Shown: positions 36,765 through 52,559 of the stretch, piece after piece | Position numbering within the stretch: position 1 is the stretch's first letter | Layout: every line of letters begins with the position of its first letter | Assembly: GCA_030141605.1 (NCBI GenBank) | Contig: JAQGDQ010000027.1 | Coordinates: 62,001 to 126,000, forward strand | Direction: 5' to 3' | From: Tubiluchus corallicola | Lineage: Eukaryota; Animalia; Priapulida | Length of the DNA: 64,000 nt | Notes under the pieces: generated by a model | What the model was told of the DNA's origin: nothing | What the model saw: the letters and a program-made list of their open reading frames with translations, nothing else | Database searches by the model: none | Translations under genes and position numbers: made by a program

Positions 36765-37949
36765 TGTGTTGGCTGTGCTCCAGAAAAGACTGGCTTCGTC
36801 AGGAGAAAGTGCTACAAGATTCACATGTCAGAGCATGAGTCAGAGCGCGATTTGAGTAGTTGCAGTTCGTCTACCCCTTACAGAGGAAAACAAGCTGGTG
36901 AGTTAATCATTAGTGAAGCTCGGTCAGCTTTTCATTCACTCAAAGAAGCCACTAGGTAACAAAACAAGAAGCAGTGCAATGACAGAATGCGCAGTGACAG
37001 AATGCGCAGTGACAGAATGGGCTAAGACGTCATTAAAACTGACATGAGCTACTATAAGAATTTAAATGCCCCTCACTTGACTATTACTCTTTGTTAATAA
37101 CCAAGATTGCAGAAAAATTGGTTAACATATTTTCTGGTCCAAAAGGCTTTACCTATTTGATTAGCTTATGAGGCGCTGTCAAAATATCTAAATTACATGT
37201 ATTAGCATACACTAAGTTACATAACACGGTAAACAGACAAGCTAAGCATCATGAGTAATTTTCAATTCATAACTTGTTATCACGTGAGCTGAGAAGATTC
37301 GCTTTCAACCGCGCTTACAAGAAACTAGATCTTTAAAGTAAAATAAAGACTGGAACACTGGTTGATTTTAATTTAACTACTAAAGTGTACTAAAGTACTT
37401 TTTCAAGCAAGGTCATGTTTAGGTTACTTAGGTTATTCATTCTCGGTATTTTTCTACTTACTCACTAATTACACTTAGCTTATACATGAATACAATCCAG
37501 TTTAATGTTTAAAAAGAGTGCTTTTTGGAGAAAAGCCTTTTTAGGAAACCGTGTTATTTGGGCAAATTTGTTTAACAACGCGGCGGCTAAAGAGATAAAC
37601 TGAGTCTTTTTTGTACTGACAACAAAAAGCGTTTGCGCTGCAGCTATTCTAGGAAAAACACACTTTGATGTTAGTCAATATATCCGACATTATTAAATTT
37701 TTCATGTGTTATCTGCCCACGCAACCGCCCCCGCATGTTGCCAAACACAATACCATCATGCTGGCTTGTTTGCTGACATGTTCTGAGAATTTATGAATTT
37801 TACAGCTGATATTTTCCACCGTTTGCTATTGAAAAATGGGATTTTCCCAGCGAATACCACAGCCTTAGGTAACTTTAACGGTTGAATAGCGCAGAGCTCA
37901 AACTTCCATGTCACCTGTGAAACTGGTGACATTAATAAACAAAGCTCAC

Positions 37950-38612
37950 CTTATCCTATCCTGCCTTGTCTTGTCTTGCCTTGCTTTGTGAGTTTTACTT
38001 CGCCTTGTCTTGTCCTGTCTCGTCTCCGTCTTGTTTTGTCTTTCTTTGTCTTGTCTTGCCTTGCCTTGCCTTGCCTTGCTTTGCCTTGCCTTGCCTTGCT
38101 TTGCCCTGCCCTGCCCTGCCCTGCCCTGCCCTGCCCTGCCCTGCCCTGCCCTGCCCTGCCCTGCCCTGCCGTGCCGTGCCGTGCCGTGCCGTGCCGTGCC
38201 GTGCCGTGCCGTGCCGTGCCCTGTATTGCTTCGCCTCGTCTCATCTCGTCTAGTCTCGTCTCGTCTCGTTTCGTCTTGTTTGTCTTACCTTGTTTTGTCT
38301 TGCCTTGCCTGCCTTGCCTTTGCCTCGCCTCGCCTCGCTTCACTTCGCCTTGTCTTACCTTGTCTTGTCTTGTCTTGCCTTACCTTGGTTTTATCTAATT
38401 TGATCTGGTGCCGTTTCGTCCTGCCCCATTCCGTCTCGTTTCTCATTTCGTCTTATATCTGACATTGCCTTATTATGTCTTGTCTTGCCTTCCTTGCCTT
38501 GCCTTGCCTTATCTTGTCTTGTAACAACAATGATGACGACGAAGATGACGACATTGAAGGCGATGATGACAGTGATAATGTTGGTGGTGGTGACGACGAC
38601 GACAACGATGTG
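37950..38612. repeat. Compound pentamer microsatellite (TCTTG, CCTTG, CCCTG, CCGTG) followed by GAT/GAC
   Basis: Seen directly. Confidence 0.95.
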
Positions 38613-41206
38613 GAGAAGGAAGTGGCAGAGGAAGAGAAGGAATGTGCTGGTAGCTTTGGTGATAGCGATGATAACTCTAATAATGCTGAGCAAGTGCAAT
38701 TTATAAGAAGTAAAGCTCTTATAAATATTGTCTACTAAGCAATGTGTAGAGCAGCGGTTTTCAGAGACCCGGTCACATTCCCCACATTGTGATCCCGGCT
38801 TCATCAGTTCCTTCCCCATTTTGAAATGTCATCTAATGTTTCTTTCACTGTATAATTCTCGGTAGTGCCTAATTATTGGTGCGGAACTAAATTTCTTCTT
38901 AATTGCAATTGAACAAATAAAGAAATCTTTGCTTAAAATACGTTGTTAGGGAGGCCAAAAGCGTTTTATCAAATGCTATCAAACGAAAAGGAAGTAACAA
39001 TGAACTCTTCTACTTGAATTCATCATTACTTCGAATTCCCTCAAGGCAAAAGTTTTGCAAATTAAAATCCCGCGCTTGGGAATCACTGATGGTGACCGTA
39101 CAATCAGGACTAGATCTGATATTCAAGACGTAAAGTTAAAGCTGTAAAACGGGTAATTATTCTGCGATGTTTGGCCTACGATAATTTCATCCTCGAATCT
39201 TCCTTCGAAGTCATGACCGAGTTATCATAACACAAAGTTTTGTTTTGAATCCGTAATGATGATTACGAACATATGAACTACATGCAGGAGCTGTATGAAT
39301 GCACTGAGTAATTGAGTATGGCGGTCACCGCGCAATAAAATGAAGTGACGTCGACCTTTAAGATTTTATTGTTATAAAAGGAAACTTTTTATTACTACAA
39401 AACGAACCTGTAAAAAACTGCTGATGTTCAGCTTGCTAGTATGAAAATTAGGAAATTTTTATTTTACTAAACTGTAACAGACCACAAAATTTAATGACAT
39501 TTTGTTAAATGGAAATTGCTCGAATTTCATCACAGTTACAAAGTCTTGTACGACTCTGATATTTGAGTTTATTAAACATTTGACCACAGACTCAAAATTA
39601 CAACTCTATTCAACAGCGTCTAACTGTCACCGATAAAACCCCACAAAAAAGAAAGAAGATCTTATCCATCCCTGTAGATTATTGTGAATTTTTTATCAGT
39701 TGTACTTATGCTTATGTGTGCAATTGCACTTTCATCAATTGCAGCCATCATCAATCATGGAGTGTATATTCAGTGAAAGATACGTGGGCATATAAGTTGT
39801 ACTTAACATTTAACGATCACAATCAAAACTGTATAATCTGCACTTATTCTCTTGACGATTGACTAGGCAACACTATCAGTGTTTTCCTGTTAGATCAACA
39901 ACATTGACGTCATCGTAACGTCAGTCGAAGCTTTTTAGCTTTTATTACTCACCAAATAATATCGACTTTATATGACTTCTGTTTTATTTCAGATGAGTGC
40001 GTTTGATTGTTTTTGAAAATTTTTAATGCTTTTACTTCGTTTTTGTTTCATTGTAAAAACGGCATTATCATACAGCTCAGAAAAATCCTCGACAAACCAT
40101 GAACCAGTAACTACGACCGCAACGCTGACAACGGTGATGATGATTATGATAGTGACAATGACAATGACGACGATGATGTTGTTGTTGTTGATTATGATGA
40201 TGATGAACGTGATGATGAAGATGGTAATTCTTTTGCCATAGTGATAATTATTGCTGGTCACAGCAACTGCGTTAAAGGAAAACTGGACGATTGTTTAGAC
40301 ATTAATTCAGAATAAAGAATGCTCTAAAATATTGAAAACTACAACAGCTTTTTTTAAATCCAAGTTTAGATTAAATATTAATTACCTCTGTATACTCAAA
40401 TTTTGCTAAACTTTGTTACGCGCGGCTCAGTGAATCTACTAAGATTGGCAACGGCGCCCTTTTGTCATATGCGCGTGGCCAACAAACAGAAGGCGGCACC
40501 GTGATAACCATGATCATGAACTGCACTGTTAGTTTCTAACGTCATATGACGTACAGCCCATTTTCGTGAAATCGCGCGTTTAAACAGTAAACACTTACGC
40601 AAACGTACTTGACGCGCAAGGGAAGATGCCTGCCATGACATGAGCACTAGCTGCGTTCTGTTGCCGTTAATTAACTTTCTAAGCTAATTATTCAAATATA
40701 AGAAACAATTGCTAACTTTTATAGGCAAGAAAATGTATATTTTGGACAGTAAATTAAAATGAGATTGAGTCTAAACAATCGTCCGGTTTTCTTTTAATTA
40801 AGAATTAGTCAAACTGTTATTACGCGTTTTTGTTTAACGATAAACTATGAATTCTTGAGAACTTAGAGATTCTTAAAAAGTTCTAAAAATGTTTGAATTG
40901 TTCCAGGAAAATTGTCCAGTTTTGCCCTCATAAAATATGCCACTTTACAGAGATTTAAGGCAACAATAAAAACTTTGTGTTGGTTTAGAATAATAGATCA
41001 TATAATTTTCTTGTTACTGCGTCGGTGTTTGTACCATGTGGTGGCAAGAAAATCTTTGATAACGATTTCTGTTATGCTGGTAAGAAATGGTTATAAAGCT
41101 GTTAGTTCTAGAAGATTATTTCAAGGAATTCATTAATTTTGTTAACGATTCAGATTCAAGATTACAGTAATTCGAAGAAGAGGTATGTGTGAAGTTGAGT
41201 GTGTGC

Positions 41207-41548
41207 GAGTGAGTGAGTGAGTGAGTGAGTGAGTGAGTCAGTCAGTGAGTGAGTGAGTGAGTGAGGGAAGTAGTGATGAGTGAGTGAGTGAGTGAGTGAG
41301 TGAGTGAGTGAGTGAGTGAGTGAGTGAGGGAGGGAGGGAAGTAGTGAAGGAAGGAGTGAATGAGTGAGTGAGTGAGTGAGTGAGTGAGTGAATGAGTGAG
41401 TGAGTGAGTGAGTCAGTGAGTGAGTGAGTGAGTGAGTGAGTGAGTGAGTGAGTGAGTGAGTGAGTGAGTGAGTGAGTGAGTGAGTGAGTGAGTGAGTGAG
41501 TGAGTGAGTGAGTGAGTGAGTGAGTGACTGAGTGAGTGAGTGAGTGAG
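41207..41548. repeat. (GAGT)n microsatellite
   Basis: Seen directly. Confidence 0.95.
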
Positions 41549-42673
41549 CTCAAGGTTAGTAGTTATTGCTCTTGCGCTGGTATCATACGAGAATCCACAT
41601 TATGTGCAACTTCTAGTTTTCTAAGATTAGAATCATGAAAGTGCCTCCAAATGGCCATGCAATAGAAACTGTTACAATACGAACTGAATAAACACTTCTT
41701 TATCTTCAAAGTACAAAAATTATTATGTAAAACTTCCTTATCAGCTGGTTAGCTCTGCAATAGTACAGTAATCTTTGATTAATTATATCCTATTATCATT
41801 AGGTAAAATATGTCCCAAAATGTTTTCTTTGCTGCAATAATTAAGTGCAGAATTCTGTAACCAAATACGGCCATGGTAAAACGCTTGCATTGATTGCATT
41901 TGAATTAATAGACATCAGCTTAGTTTTTCAACATTAATCTGAATGTCAAAGTTACATGCGTACGCTACATATATATCAAGAAGAAGTTGAAGAGCCGTTA
42001 TTGTTGTAGCTATTGAACAGACATCGTCCGCATACATTAAATGGTTTATTATCATATTTGAGATATTACACCTTGTTTGTGCAAAAGATAAGCTAATACT
42101 TTAAAATAAAAATTTAGAAAATGAATGATTGAGTGAGTAAGTGCACGTGTGAGTGTATGAATTTAATCTGCTAGTGAGCAGGTCGCAAGTCCACAACTAG
42201 CAATATTTGAAATGAAGCTTTGAAGACCAACCACAACATGACAAACAGCTGTTATTACTTCTGTACTGCGTATGGGTTATGAATGCAGTACATTACTAAG
42301 ATGAAAAATAGAGAGATCTTGCCACGAACATTTGCTGCTGGTCTACTATAATCACATTTCTTGTTGGCGTAGTTAACGGGCAAGTTGTTCATTGTAATCC
42401 AGGCTTCCGAATATCAGTCTTAAATGCCCGTTATTATGATGCTGCAAAGTGAATAAATGACTTACAGGCTAGACGTCAGCAAAACGGGTGCATTGAAACA
42501 TTAATAAAAGGTGTTGAGTATAAATTTATTCATCTTTACAATCAAAAAATTGAATTACATCACAGTTTAAAATTACAAATTATAAATTTAAAAGAATAAG
42601 CAAGTAGAACCTACAGCGACAAGCACTGCTACACAATATACATGAACTAAATCAAATGAGTTTAAACTCATAT

Positions 42674-43110
42674 TTAAAAATTAAATAAACCGCATGAAAT
42701 CATGCTGTTTTTGAATCTCTTTGTTCTTCGTTTAGGTAAAAGGTATTTTAGATTACGTAGCAATAAAAGGGTGGTTAGTACAGTACTGTATCTATGAATA
42801 TACGCATCTGGGAATAGAGTGTAGAATATATTACTAGGATTTTGAATTGGTGAGAACAACTACTTGCAAGAATTTTCAGATTGAAGATTAGCCGAAATCA
42901 GAGCATTTACATAGTTTTCGTTTGGAAAAATGATTTTCGTTGAGCGTTTTTGAAGAGTTTCTAGCAGATCAGAGACATTTTGGGAGCGAGGTGATATTAA
43001 GTGATTAATGTAGACAAGAAAAAGCAGTGGCCCTGTGGTATATCCTTCTGGTACACCATGGTATAGGTAAGAAAAAATAAAGGCCCTATGGTGGGATCCT
43101 CAAGATAGAC
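42674..43110 (-). mobile_element. Degenerate CR1/L2-like LINE fragment
   Basis: Minus strand HGVPEGYTTGPLLFLVYINHL (GVPQGSxLGPLLFLxYINDL motif) near 43000-43060, and terminal-type LPKRRTKRFKNS near 42700-42740. Confidence 0.65.
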
Positions 43111-44650
43111 CACAGTTTATGTTCTACACATGATTGCGTATTTTTACACTATTTATTTTGAGCATTTGTTCAAGTTTATTGTGGCGCAAAAATTCAGCGT
43201 ACGCAAAAAATAAAATAAAAAATGAAAAAGTAAAAAATCAAAACTAACGATGCGAGTTGGGTCACTGCGCGGTTGTCATCGCGCCTCTAGTGAGCAGGCA
43301 GGTGCTTGAAAGGCCAAATCCATTTACGTCAATGAACCATAAGTGGAAGTAGAAAAAGGAATTCAAAATGTGCGGGATGTGTGGGTTTTATTTGTTCTAT
43401 TAAAATATACTTTTACCGAACGCCTACTACATTTTTTCAGAGTCACGATAGCATTGCGTCCACATAAAACTAAGAGCGTTTTGTGAATGAAGCTTTTATG
43501 GCTTAATAGTATTTGAGTGACTTTCACTTGTTGTTAGTGCAACACATTAAAACACGAAAACACATTTTCTGAAATTGGCTTTTGTCCGAGAGGAAGTGAC
43601 CTTGGCTAAGCACAATGAGTTACGTTACCATCACTCATCTGCTTACATCAGATTAATTAATTTATTTAATAAAAGTTTTAATACACATTTATAACAAAAT
43701 TGATTGACTAATTCGTAGTTGCTAAAACTCATATCTTATTATGTGATAAACATCTCATTATGACATAAACATTATGTCATGCTCGCGGATATCTGAATAA
43801 GCCTTTCACAATTTCGTTGTGCGCACGCGCCATTGCTGTAGGTCACAGGTTAAGTGATACCCAGCAGCGCGTCTTAACTACAACCGTCACGTGACATGTG
43901 AGTTAAGTAAAGCTGTCGTCATCAGTTCAGTAACTTCAGTTGTTTTACGTGGACTTAATTATGCATCTGTCGTGCACTTTCACAGAGAGATTTAATAGCA
44001 TGACCTTGCTTGGGAACAAGACAAAATGAACTAGGTAAGGTTCTAGCTAGCTGTTAAAACTGTTACTATTACAATAGCTTCGGCTGCGAGGCTTTGTCAA
44101 GTGCACACAGCTTTGAGCTTTTCACGATCATCATTAACCGATGGAACTGTGAAATTGCTTTTTCATTATTGAATAAAAATGGAAAAACCTAAAAGCTTTG
44201 GTGCTGCCTATTGCGAGTATTTCATATGTATTATTCTTCTGTTGCCGTGTAACAGTGTAAGAACTGTACATCTGTTATGAATTTCATTTAATGAGCTTCT
44301 ACAAATGTAAATTTTACATATGATTGTCAAAACCTAATACGCTGCAGTATGAAAACAGAGCACCTATATAGAGCGACTATAAAATCAAAATGTTGTAATG
44401 TAAATGTGTGCAAATAACGTAAATATAAAATGATTTATTTAGTGTCTGTATGTTGTAAATATTAATTTTCACTGTGTGTGTAGTGTTAGCTCTGCACCTG
44501 ACGCATGGCGCATTTGTCTTTTAACAGTGTTTTATGCACTGATGAATATCAATATACAAATATTAATATTTGTTAAATTTTTTGTAAGACAAATAAAGAT
44601 ATTATATAAAAGGCAGTGGATTTTTGACGCACTTGTAGCGTGACGTGAAT

Positions 44651-44695
44651 TACTTATTTATAACGGTTAACTTTGTAAACCGTTATAAATAAGTA
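44651..44695. repeat. Perfect 18-bp inverted repeat with 9-nt loop
   Basis: TACTTATTTATAACGGTT / AACCGTTATAAATAAGTA. Confidence 0.9.
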
Positions 44696-47600
44696 TTATA
44701 CAACTAACTCCCAACCATGTTAACTGCCATACGTTTTGAATCATTACATTACAACTTGTCGGTTATCAAAATTTTATGATGGTGGGTTACAAACTACAGT
44801 TATTGCAATCCAAGCTTTTTTAAAGACTACTTTTACATAATTTTTGCCGTTCTTTAAAAGCAATCATATAGGCCCACAGATGGTAGAAAAAGTTACATGA
44901 CTCTCTAGCTGAGCATCTGCCCAATGTTTATCAAAACCGTGTATACCAAAGTTTCAGTTGCGTCCCACTCTGTTCTGTGATTGTGGTCCGTGATTTCATG
45001 CTTGCGTGTCATTCTCCCGAAGTTATGATTCTTTTGCTGTGCTTGTGTTTTTTACCTTGTGAGTGTATCCTTGTTGGCGTGATATCTTTAAATGATTAAT
45101 GATGTAAACAAAAAACTCCCCAATAATTAGTATTAGTAATTCCGTGTGATTTTCTTGTCCTTTTACGTTTACCTGATTGTGGTAGTTTGAGCGTCGTGTT
45201 TTTTCTTTTTTCCTTGTTTCTTCATCAGTGAAAATTTTTTAATTCAACCTCCTGTGTACAGATGGCGCAACATTACAATGCATTATTTTGGCGAAGCGCA
45301 TCTCATTGGGATAAATGGTACTTACCGTGAAGTCGTTAGCAATTTTATGGCGAGTTGGATGTAACATTAACCGTGTTGCAGAACAATGGGAAGCAATCAA
45401 TCAACGTGTTTCACGCGGCTGCTTTCATCCTCAGTCGTTCTTCTAGGCCGGGTCGACGTGTTGTTGCATTTTTGTTACCCACCATCTCCCTTTCTGCATC
45501 ACCCATACTGAGATTATAACATTTCTTTCTGCGCTTGCCTCAGCATACAATGGATTATTGTGATGCATAACTGAATTGATATGTTAGTGATTTGCAACAG
45601 ATATTATCGGTTTTTCAACATGTAGTTGGTTGAATTTGTACTACTCATTTTCTCTGTTGTTATTGTTATCTCATTGGGTGGTTTATAGCACAACCTTTGT
45701 TGTGATGGCTTTATGCTTACGATGGGATAATGACCATGTATGTCATGGTACGTCATGGCCTGATCTATTGCATAAACTATGTTTTGGAGTTTTTTGCCTT
45801 CACAACAAACAGAGTTGCGTTTCCAGCAGGAATCGGTAGTTGCTGTCACACCCTGTAGGGAGAACAGGCTATAAGTACTTATTAGGCAACTAAAGCTACC
45901 TACTTTGTGGCGCCATCTACACAATGATGTTTTATAAACCCAACACACAGAAGTGTTCATGCAGCAAACACTGGTTTACATGACGGGAAGATAATTTATT
46001 ATGATTTAAGCTTGCATAACAAAGTTTACAGAACATTCATTAACAATAGAAACACACGAACTAGAGCATTACATCTTCCCCCGATTTATTAAAAAACTCA
46101 CTCTAGAATACGCCATATTACACACAGTGAACATAGACTGGCATGGAATAAATGAGCAGTTCAAACATTCACTTGGTCACCTTATGTCAAACTGTTTTTA
46201 GATATGGTAGTGGTTACTGGTCAAACTGGTCAAAAAGTGATGTGTAGTGCCTATCTCACAAATCACAACACTTTTTACTAAAAAAAGAGCGAAAGATCCA
46301 TGAAAAGACCAACTTCACATTTAATTCCGGCACCAAATATGGCTTTGAAAACAAAACACCTCTTTGTATAACTTAGGCTAATATATGATTTTAGTAATTT
46401 TTATTTGTTCATTTTCAGAAATAAAATATTAAATAAGACAACACACATTCTATTTAAACTACTGCATTAAATAAATAAACATTCGAAGTAGCGCTTTCAG
46501 AGAAAAAAGATAGAAAATTACAGTTTGTTTTACCCCCTCGCTACTACCCTTTCTAGACAATTTTTACTTCATTCTTTGTTATAATTGTGTTGTTTTTGTA
46601 CTGTCATTGTGTGATTTAAGCGAAGCAGCACGTCAGTCGTAGTTGTAGTCAATTTCGCATACTTGTTTGTTAGATATTATCCATCCATTGCAACATTGGG
46701 AAGAGAGAGTGTCGTAAGCTTCGTCACCACAGCATGCTCGTATATCGAAGAAACCATACTTGTTGTACAGGTGTCCGTTACAGCATAGCTATAATAAGCA
46801 ATAATCTTAATTATTATTATAATCTTAATCCAAAGAGTATTATTGATGACGGTACAAACCAATAATTAATTAAATTTCGATACCAAATGTGAAAGAAAAC
46901 GTGAAAAAGTTGGTGTATAGCCTGCTTACAATCCTGGCTTTTCGCGAATCCTGTTTTTCATCAGTTTAATCAGTTTTGGGTTTGTGCCATCAACATTAAT
47001 GTTACGTGTTAATGGCTGCCCAAATAAGCATAAAATCGTTTATTATTAGTAAAACATAGATGAGTAAATGAAAACAGGTAACAAAATCTGCATCGTCTGT
47101 TACACATCATAATTTTGTTGAATTAAGAACCGCCTATAAAAGGGATGCCATTGTCTATTTAGACATTTTCTTCCTTGAATGCGTAATGCCAATGTGTTTG
47201 TGCTAATCTTCACAATTTCAACTTTATGTTCTTATATCATACCCAAATGCAAAATTGAACAAAGTATGATTTTCTAACATTCCAAGCATCTTAGATCGAC
47301 AATAATTCTATCACTTGTAAAAGCTGGAGGAAAGAAAAGAAAAAAAGTGATATGTCGCATCACGGCGAATTCGTGTCTAGTTTTTAATGTCGGAACTCAG
47401 AAGGCTTTATAAACCAAATTGAAAAACAAATCTATGTTGTTTCTAATACTGGAATAAACACACATTTTTATTTATCAGAACTTATTTATCAAAGATTAGA
47501 TAGGGATTGTACCAGGGACTGACAATGCTGATGCAGGGCCGTTATAACTAGGTCACGCAGCCAGAAGGAGTTGGCGAGTTCATTCCACAATCTTCCAATT

Positions 47601-48896
47601 AACGTTATGTAATTAATTAACATATTTTTCACTATTACCTTTATGTGATGGTTGTATTTACCATGGTCACCACACTCTTTCTGCCAGCCCAAAAAGTGTT
47701 TAATTCTGTGAAATAGAGCTTCGCTTCTTTGCACTATGAATGCAAATAATGTAAACAAGGAAAATGATGTCAATAATAATTAATGTTGTTATTTTGAGAT
47801 CATATGTTACTGCAAGTATTCAAGTAATTGCTCTTCATCATCCCTACCAGACTGACCATAAAACTTGGCCATTGGTCAGTTAATGCAATAGGTAACGAAG
47901 CACTTACTCAATTGAAAGCTCTATAAATAAAATATTGTCCAGCTATACAAGGGAGATGTCCCGTGTTTATTATTTTTATTTATTGCTTAATATAATAGCC
48001 ATAATAGCCATAACAGCCATTATGGCCATATGATAATATTAAAAGGAAACTCATGGAATCTAGTTTTTGTGCTGAACTAAAATTTGAAAGAAAACAGACG
48101 AACGGTAACCAATAAAACTGAATAATATATGCTTATTTTCTAAGCAGGCTTGTATAAGTTTGAAATACATGTACATGATAGGTTACCAATAAAATGTCTA
48201 GTCAAACTATATGAACACAGGTTTAGACAAATGAAAAATCATGATTAACAGAAAATACTTTCCTGATGTAATTTCTAAGCTCTATACTTTCAACATTACC
48301 GCAACTTACACTACATTGCAGAGAATCCATTAATTTATTAAGAAAGTGAACTTCCGTATATAAGGTCTTTGCAGAAACTGTAATATCAGAAGTTCTCAGA
48401 GTCCCACGTTACCCCCCCCCCCCCCGCATTTTTGAGGACATGAGATCTGTCATTTCCTCAAAATTCGTCCGCCGTTTTTCATTACACTTTTACTAAGAAT
48501 GACACTCACTGTTTTACGTCAATCAAAGAAGCCAGTCCCATTTAACTTAACAACAAATAAGTTAAATTTTATATGCACTTCAAGAAAATTATGGCGCAAA
48601 TTGTGTTGCTCTTAGGAATGACGTTCTGCTCACCTTGCAACATGGTCAAGCAAATGACGATCATCACGGCGACCATTTTTGTGCCCATCCTGTCAGAGTT
48701 TTGTTATTCTTTGCAACCGTACGTCTAATAGGAAAAAAGACTAAGTTAAGGATTCAAATTTTAGGTGGCCCTCGTGAACAATCACAAAAAGCTGCTCTTT
48801 AAGAACGAAACAACTAATGAAAAACTTCACATTTTCATCGGTTGTTTCGTTGTTAACAACTTTATTGTTTTGTATTAACTACTGAAAACTGTACTA

Positions 48897-49116
48897 AGTA
48901 AGTGAGTGAATGAGTGAGTGGAGTGAGTGAGTGAGTGAGTGAGTGAGTGAGTGAGTGAGTGAGTGAGTGAGTGAGTGAGTGAGTGAGTGAGAGAGTGAGT
49001 GAGTGAGTGAGTGAGTGAGTGAGTGAGTGAGTGAGTGAGTGAGTGAGTGAGTGAGTGAGTGAGTGAGTGAGTGAGTGAGTGAGTGAGTGAGTGAGTGAGT
49101 GAGTAAGTAAGTAAGT
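48897..49116. repeat. (GAGT)n microsatellite
   Basis: Seen directly. Confidence 0.95.
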
Positions 49117-50289
49117 TATTTTATTTCAAACACGAGCTCACAAAACGTATTTACTGTAAAAAATTAAAATTTACAAATATTATGAAATTAAATTATTAAA
49201 ATAAATGAAAATGTAAAATAATCGTGCCAGAGCGACTCCATATACACTACAAAGTGTTTAAAACAATTGGTACATTATCGTGCACAATTTCGAAGTTGTA
49301 ACAAAAAAACTACGTATTAAGTAAGCGTCTCAGCTGCAACTTCGGTCATAGGTTGAGAGATCTGGGTGCCGAAATTACAGGTATTGAAGCAATTCGCGGT
49401 ACAATTCGCCACATTAAAGACGTAAACTAAACGACGCTATGATGCCTCTAGTCACCAATAATAAACAATATAAACAACAATCAGCAATAATAAAGATTAT
49501 CAATTAAATACTTGTAATTAATTATATACCCAGTACACAGCCTGCAAAGAAAATAAAACTACTGTTGCTATAGGTGGTAACCTTATAGTACATTTACTAT
49601 TTAAAGTTATAGCGCGTAGGCTTAGGTGTGTCTTATCCGAGATTTACCGGAAATGGTACAGGAAACGTCTTATGTGGGCAGCAGGAAGGTATTGGGATTG
49701 CCAAACCAGTTGCAATATGTTGTAACATTAGTAAAATTCTTTGTTTTGTTCCAAAATAGCAATTATACTACAAAGAATAATTTCTTTAGTGACTGCTAAA
49801 ATAACCAAGAAGCAACTTTTACGTGACAAACGCACTTACATGACAGAAAGTCCAAGTAATCTGTCTGCAATAAAATACGTTTATGCCAGGAGACAGACAA
49901 TTACAAAATGTCAGAACTGTTACATACTACAAAGTACACTCGAAAAGCATACTATAATCAACAATTGCAAATTCCTGCCAGTATTGAGTAAGCTACAAAA
50001 TTCTGTCAGTTAGTTGTTTTGAGGCACGCAATGCGTATGGGCGCATTTCTTAATCCGCTTCACGAACTAATTTCTTGTGTGTGGGGAATTATAAACTTTT
50101 GCCATAAGTTATTACGAAAAAGGATTCATGGCAACGGTAAATCAATGGATCAGAGCGATAGTTTAGCATAAGCCTGCATTAGAATGAAAGAAGCGACAAC
50201 AATGTATGAGGCAGATCAATTTAACAGGCGTGATATTACCATGAAAATTGTGGCCTATGACAGCTTTTAGTGATAAATGTGACAACAAT

Positions 50290-50965
<676 letters not shown>

Positions 50966-52559
50966 TAATTCTCACAATCTAAGTATCCCGCGAACATCGT
51001 GCGGATCCAACAGTCGGGTATGCATACATATTTGTAGCTATGCATTAAAAAACTTTAGTTTATGTTACGTAAAACATATGAATATTTTTATACATACGTT
51101 TATGAATAAACGTATGAATACGTATAAACATATTCATGTATAATCTTATTGATTCGCAATGGTGGTATCTATTTATACGAGTTACTCATTTATCAATTGA
51201 GGCTGGGCCATAATTAGTTCGACAGTTTTCGCAGCACGCTGTAATGCTGAATACTCTAAAATAACAAAATTGATTAACTCAAACGATGTGACAAATTGAG
51301 TAAAAACTCATTTGTCAAAATGTCAGATTCCTCGGGGGTCTAAATCGGTGGCATTCAGTTAAAGTAATGTTGAAGAAAACACTGGCTTCATTTTTGCGAA
51401 TAACACAGTGGTGATACACAATAATGCTAACAACAGAAACAGTCTTCTGAAATTTTCTAATTAATTTTCTGGTCGGAGATTACTAAAATAATCATTTCAA
51501 GAAATTAGACCTCTACAGCGGACAAAAAAAGTTAGTGGAAAATTGAATAGTATACAATTTCAGTGATAATTATTACGTAATTAAACTTTTGTTATGCAGA
51601 TTACAACGCCGCTAGCTGAGAAAACCTCGAAATAAAATAAGTTAAAATCTTAATTAAGCCCAGCAATAAATTACAAGCTTATATTGTCAATAAATACAAT
51701 TATTATGCACTTAAGTCACATGAAGAAATTTATGACAGGAGAAATAATAAAAATTAGCTTGGGTAGTTTTTTATTTACCACGTCCATATTGTTATAGTAA
51801 CTGACGATGATAGTCATTCTAATTTAGAAATGTCGTTAATCATTTCTTTATCGCTCTGGTAATGTTTCGAGCTCTAATTACTTGCTCGAAAATTTCTTGT
51901 GCAAAAGTCATAAAAATAGAATATTTAATTTTCCATTGTTGTACGCTGATTGCACGACAAGCAACATGAGGACAGTACATAGATATAGGGTAAAGTGGGG
52001 AACATGAACACCTTTAGCAAAAATTGGATTTCGATCTACACGATTATAAGTTTCGCGCCTGTAAAAATGTTTAGTGGATAGCTGAAGCTACCAGCTTAGT
52101 ATGTACTCCAACATTTGTCGTCTAATTGTACAAATATTCAGGGCAGGATTAACGCATAAGCAAATTAAGTGTATGCTTAAGACACCAAGCTGTCAAAAAA
52201 TAAACTGAAAACAGATAAAATTTAAATAAAGTATGTTAAAGACCATTAACCATCTAACACAATTCAAAATGTGAGGTAGTGGGCTACAGAAGATTGACGA
52301 ATTTTTTGCTGTTTGCAGGTATCATACTTTTTTGTACCTGATTTGTTTAATTAAAATTTAATTTTGAAGGTGAAAACGAATTTAAGTGACATAAATCCTG
52401 TACAGACCAATGCAGTTTGTTCCCTATAATAATGTCGTTTAATTTGTATCACATAATACGTATGTTTGAGCCGCGAAACGTGCATGGGGCAAAGGTTTCT
52501 AGTGTTTAGGTCCTTATAAAATTATTTTTCTACCAAACGTTTTACATTAATACAAGACA

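Noticed and set aside
36222-36824. Canonical Frizzled receptor or sFRP
   Set aside because: No 7TM region follows in frame and no NTR exons were recognised. The ORF-track GTG start is not a plausible initiator.
45604-45960. 118-aa Cys-containing ORF as a fourth CRD gene
   Set aside because: No Frizzled cysteine spacing and no signal peptide.
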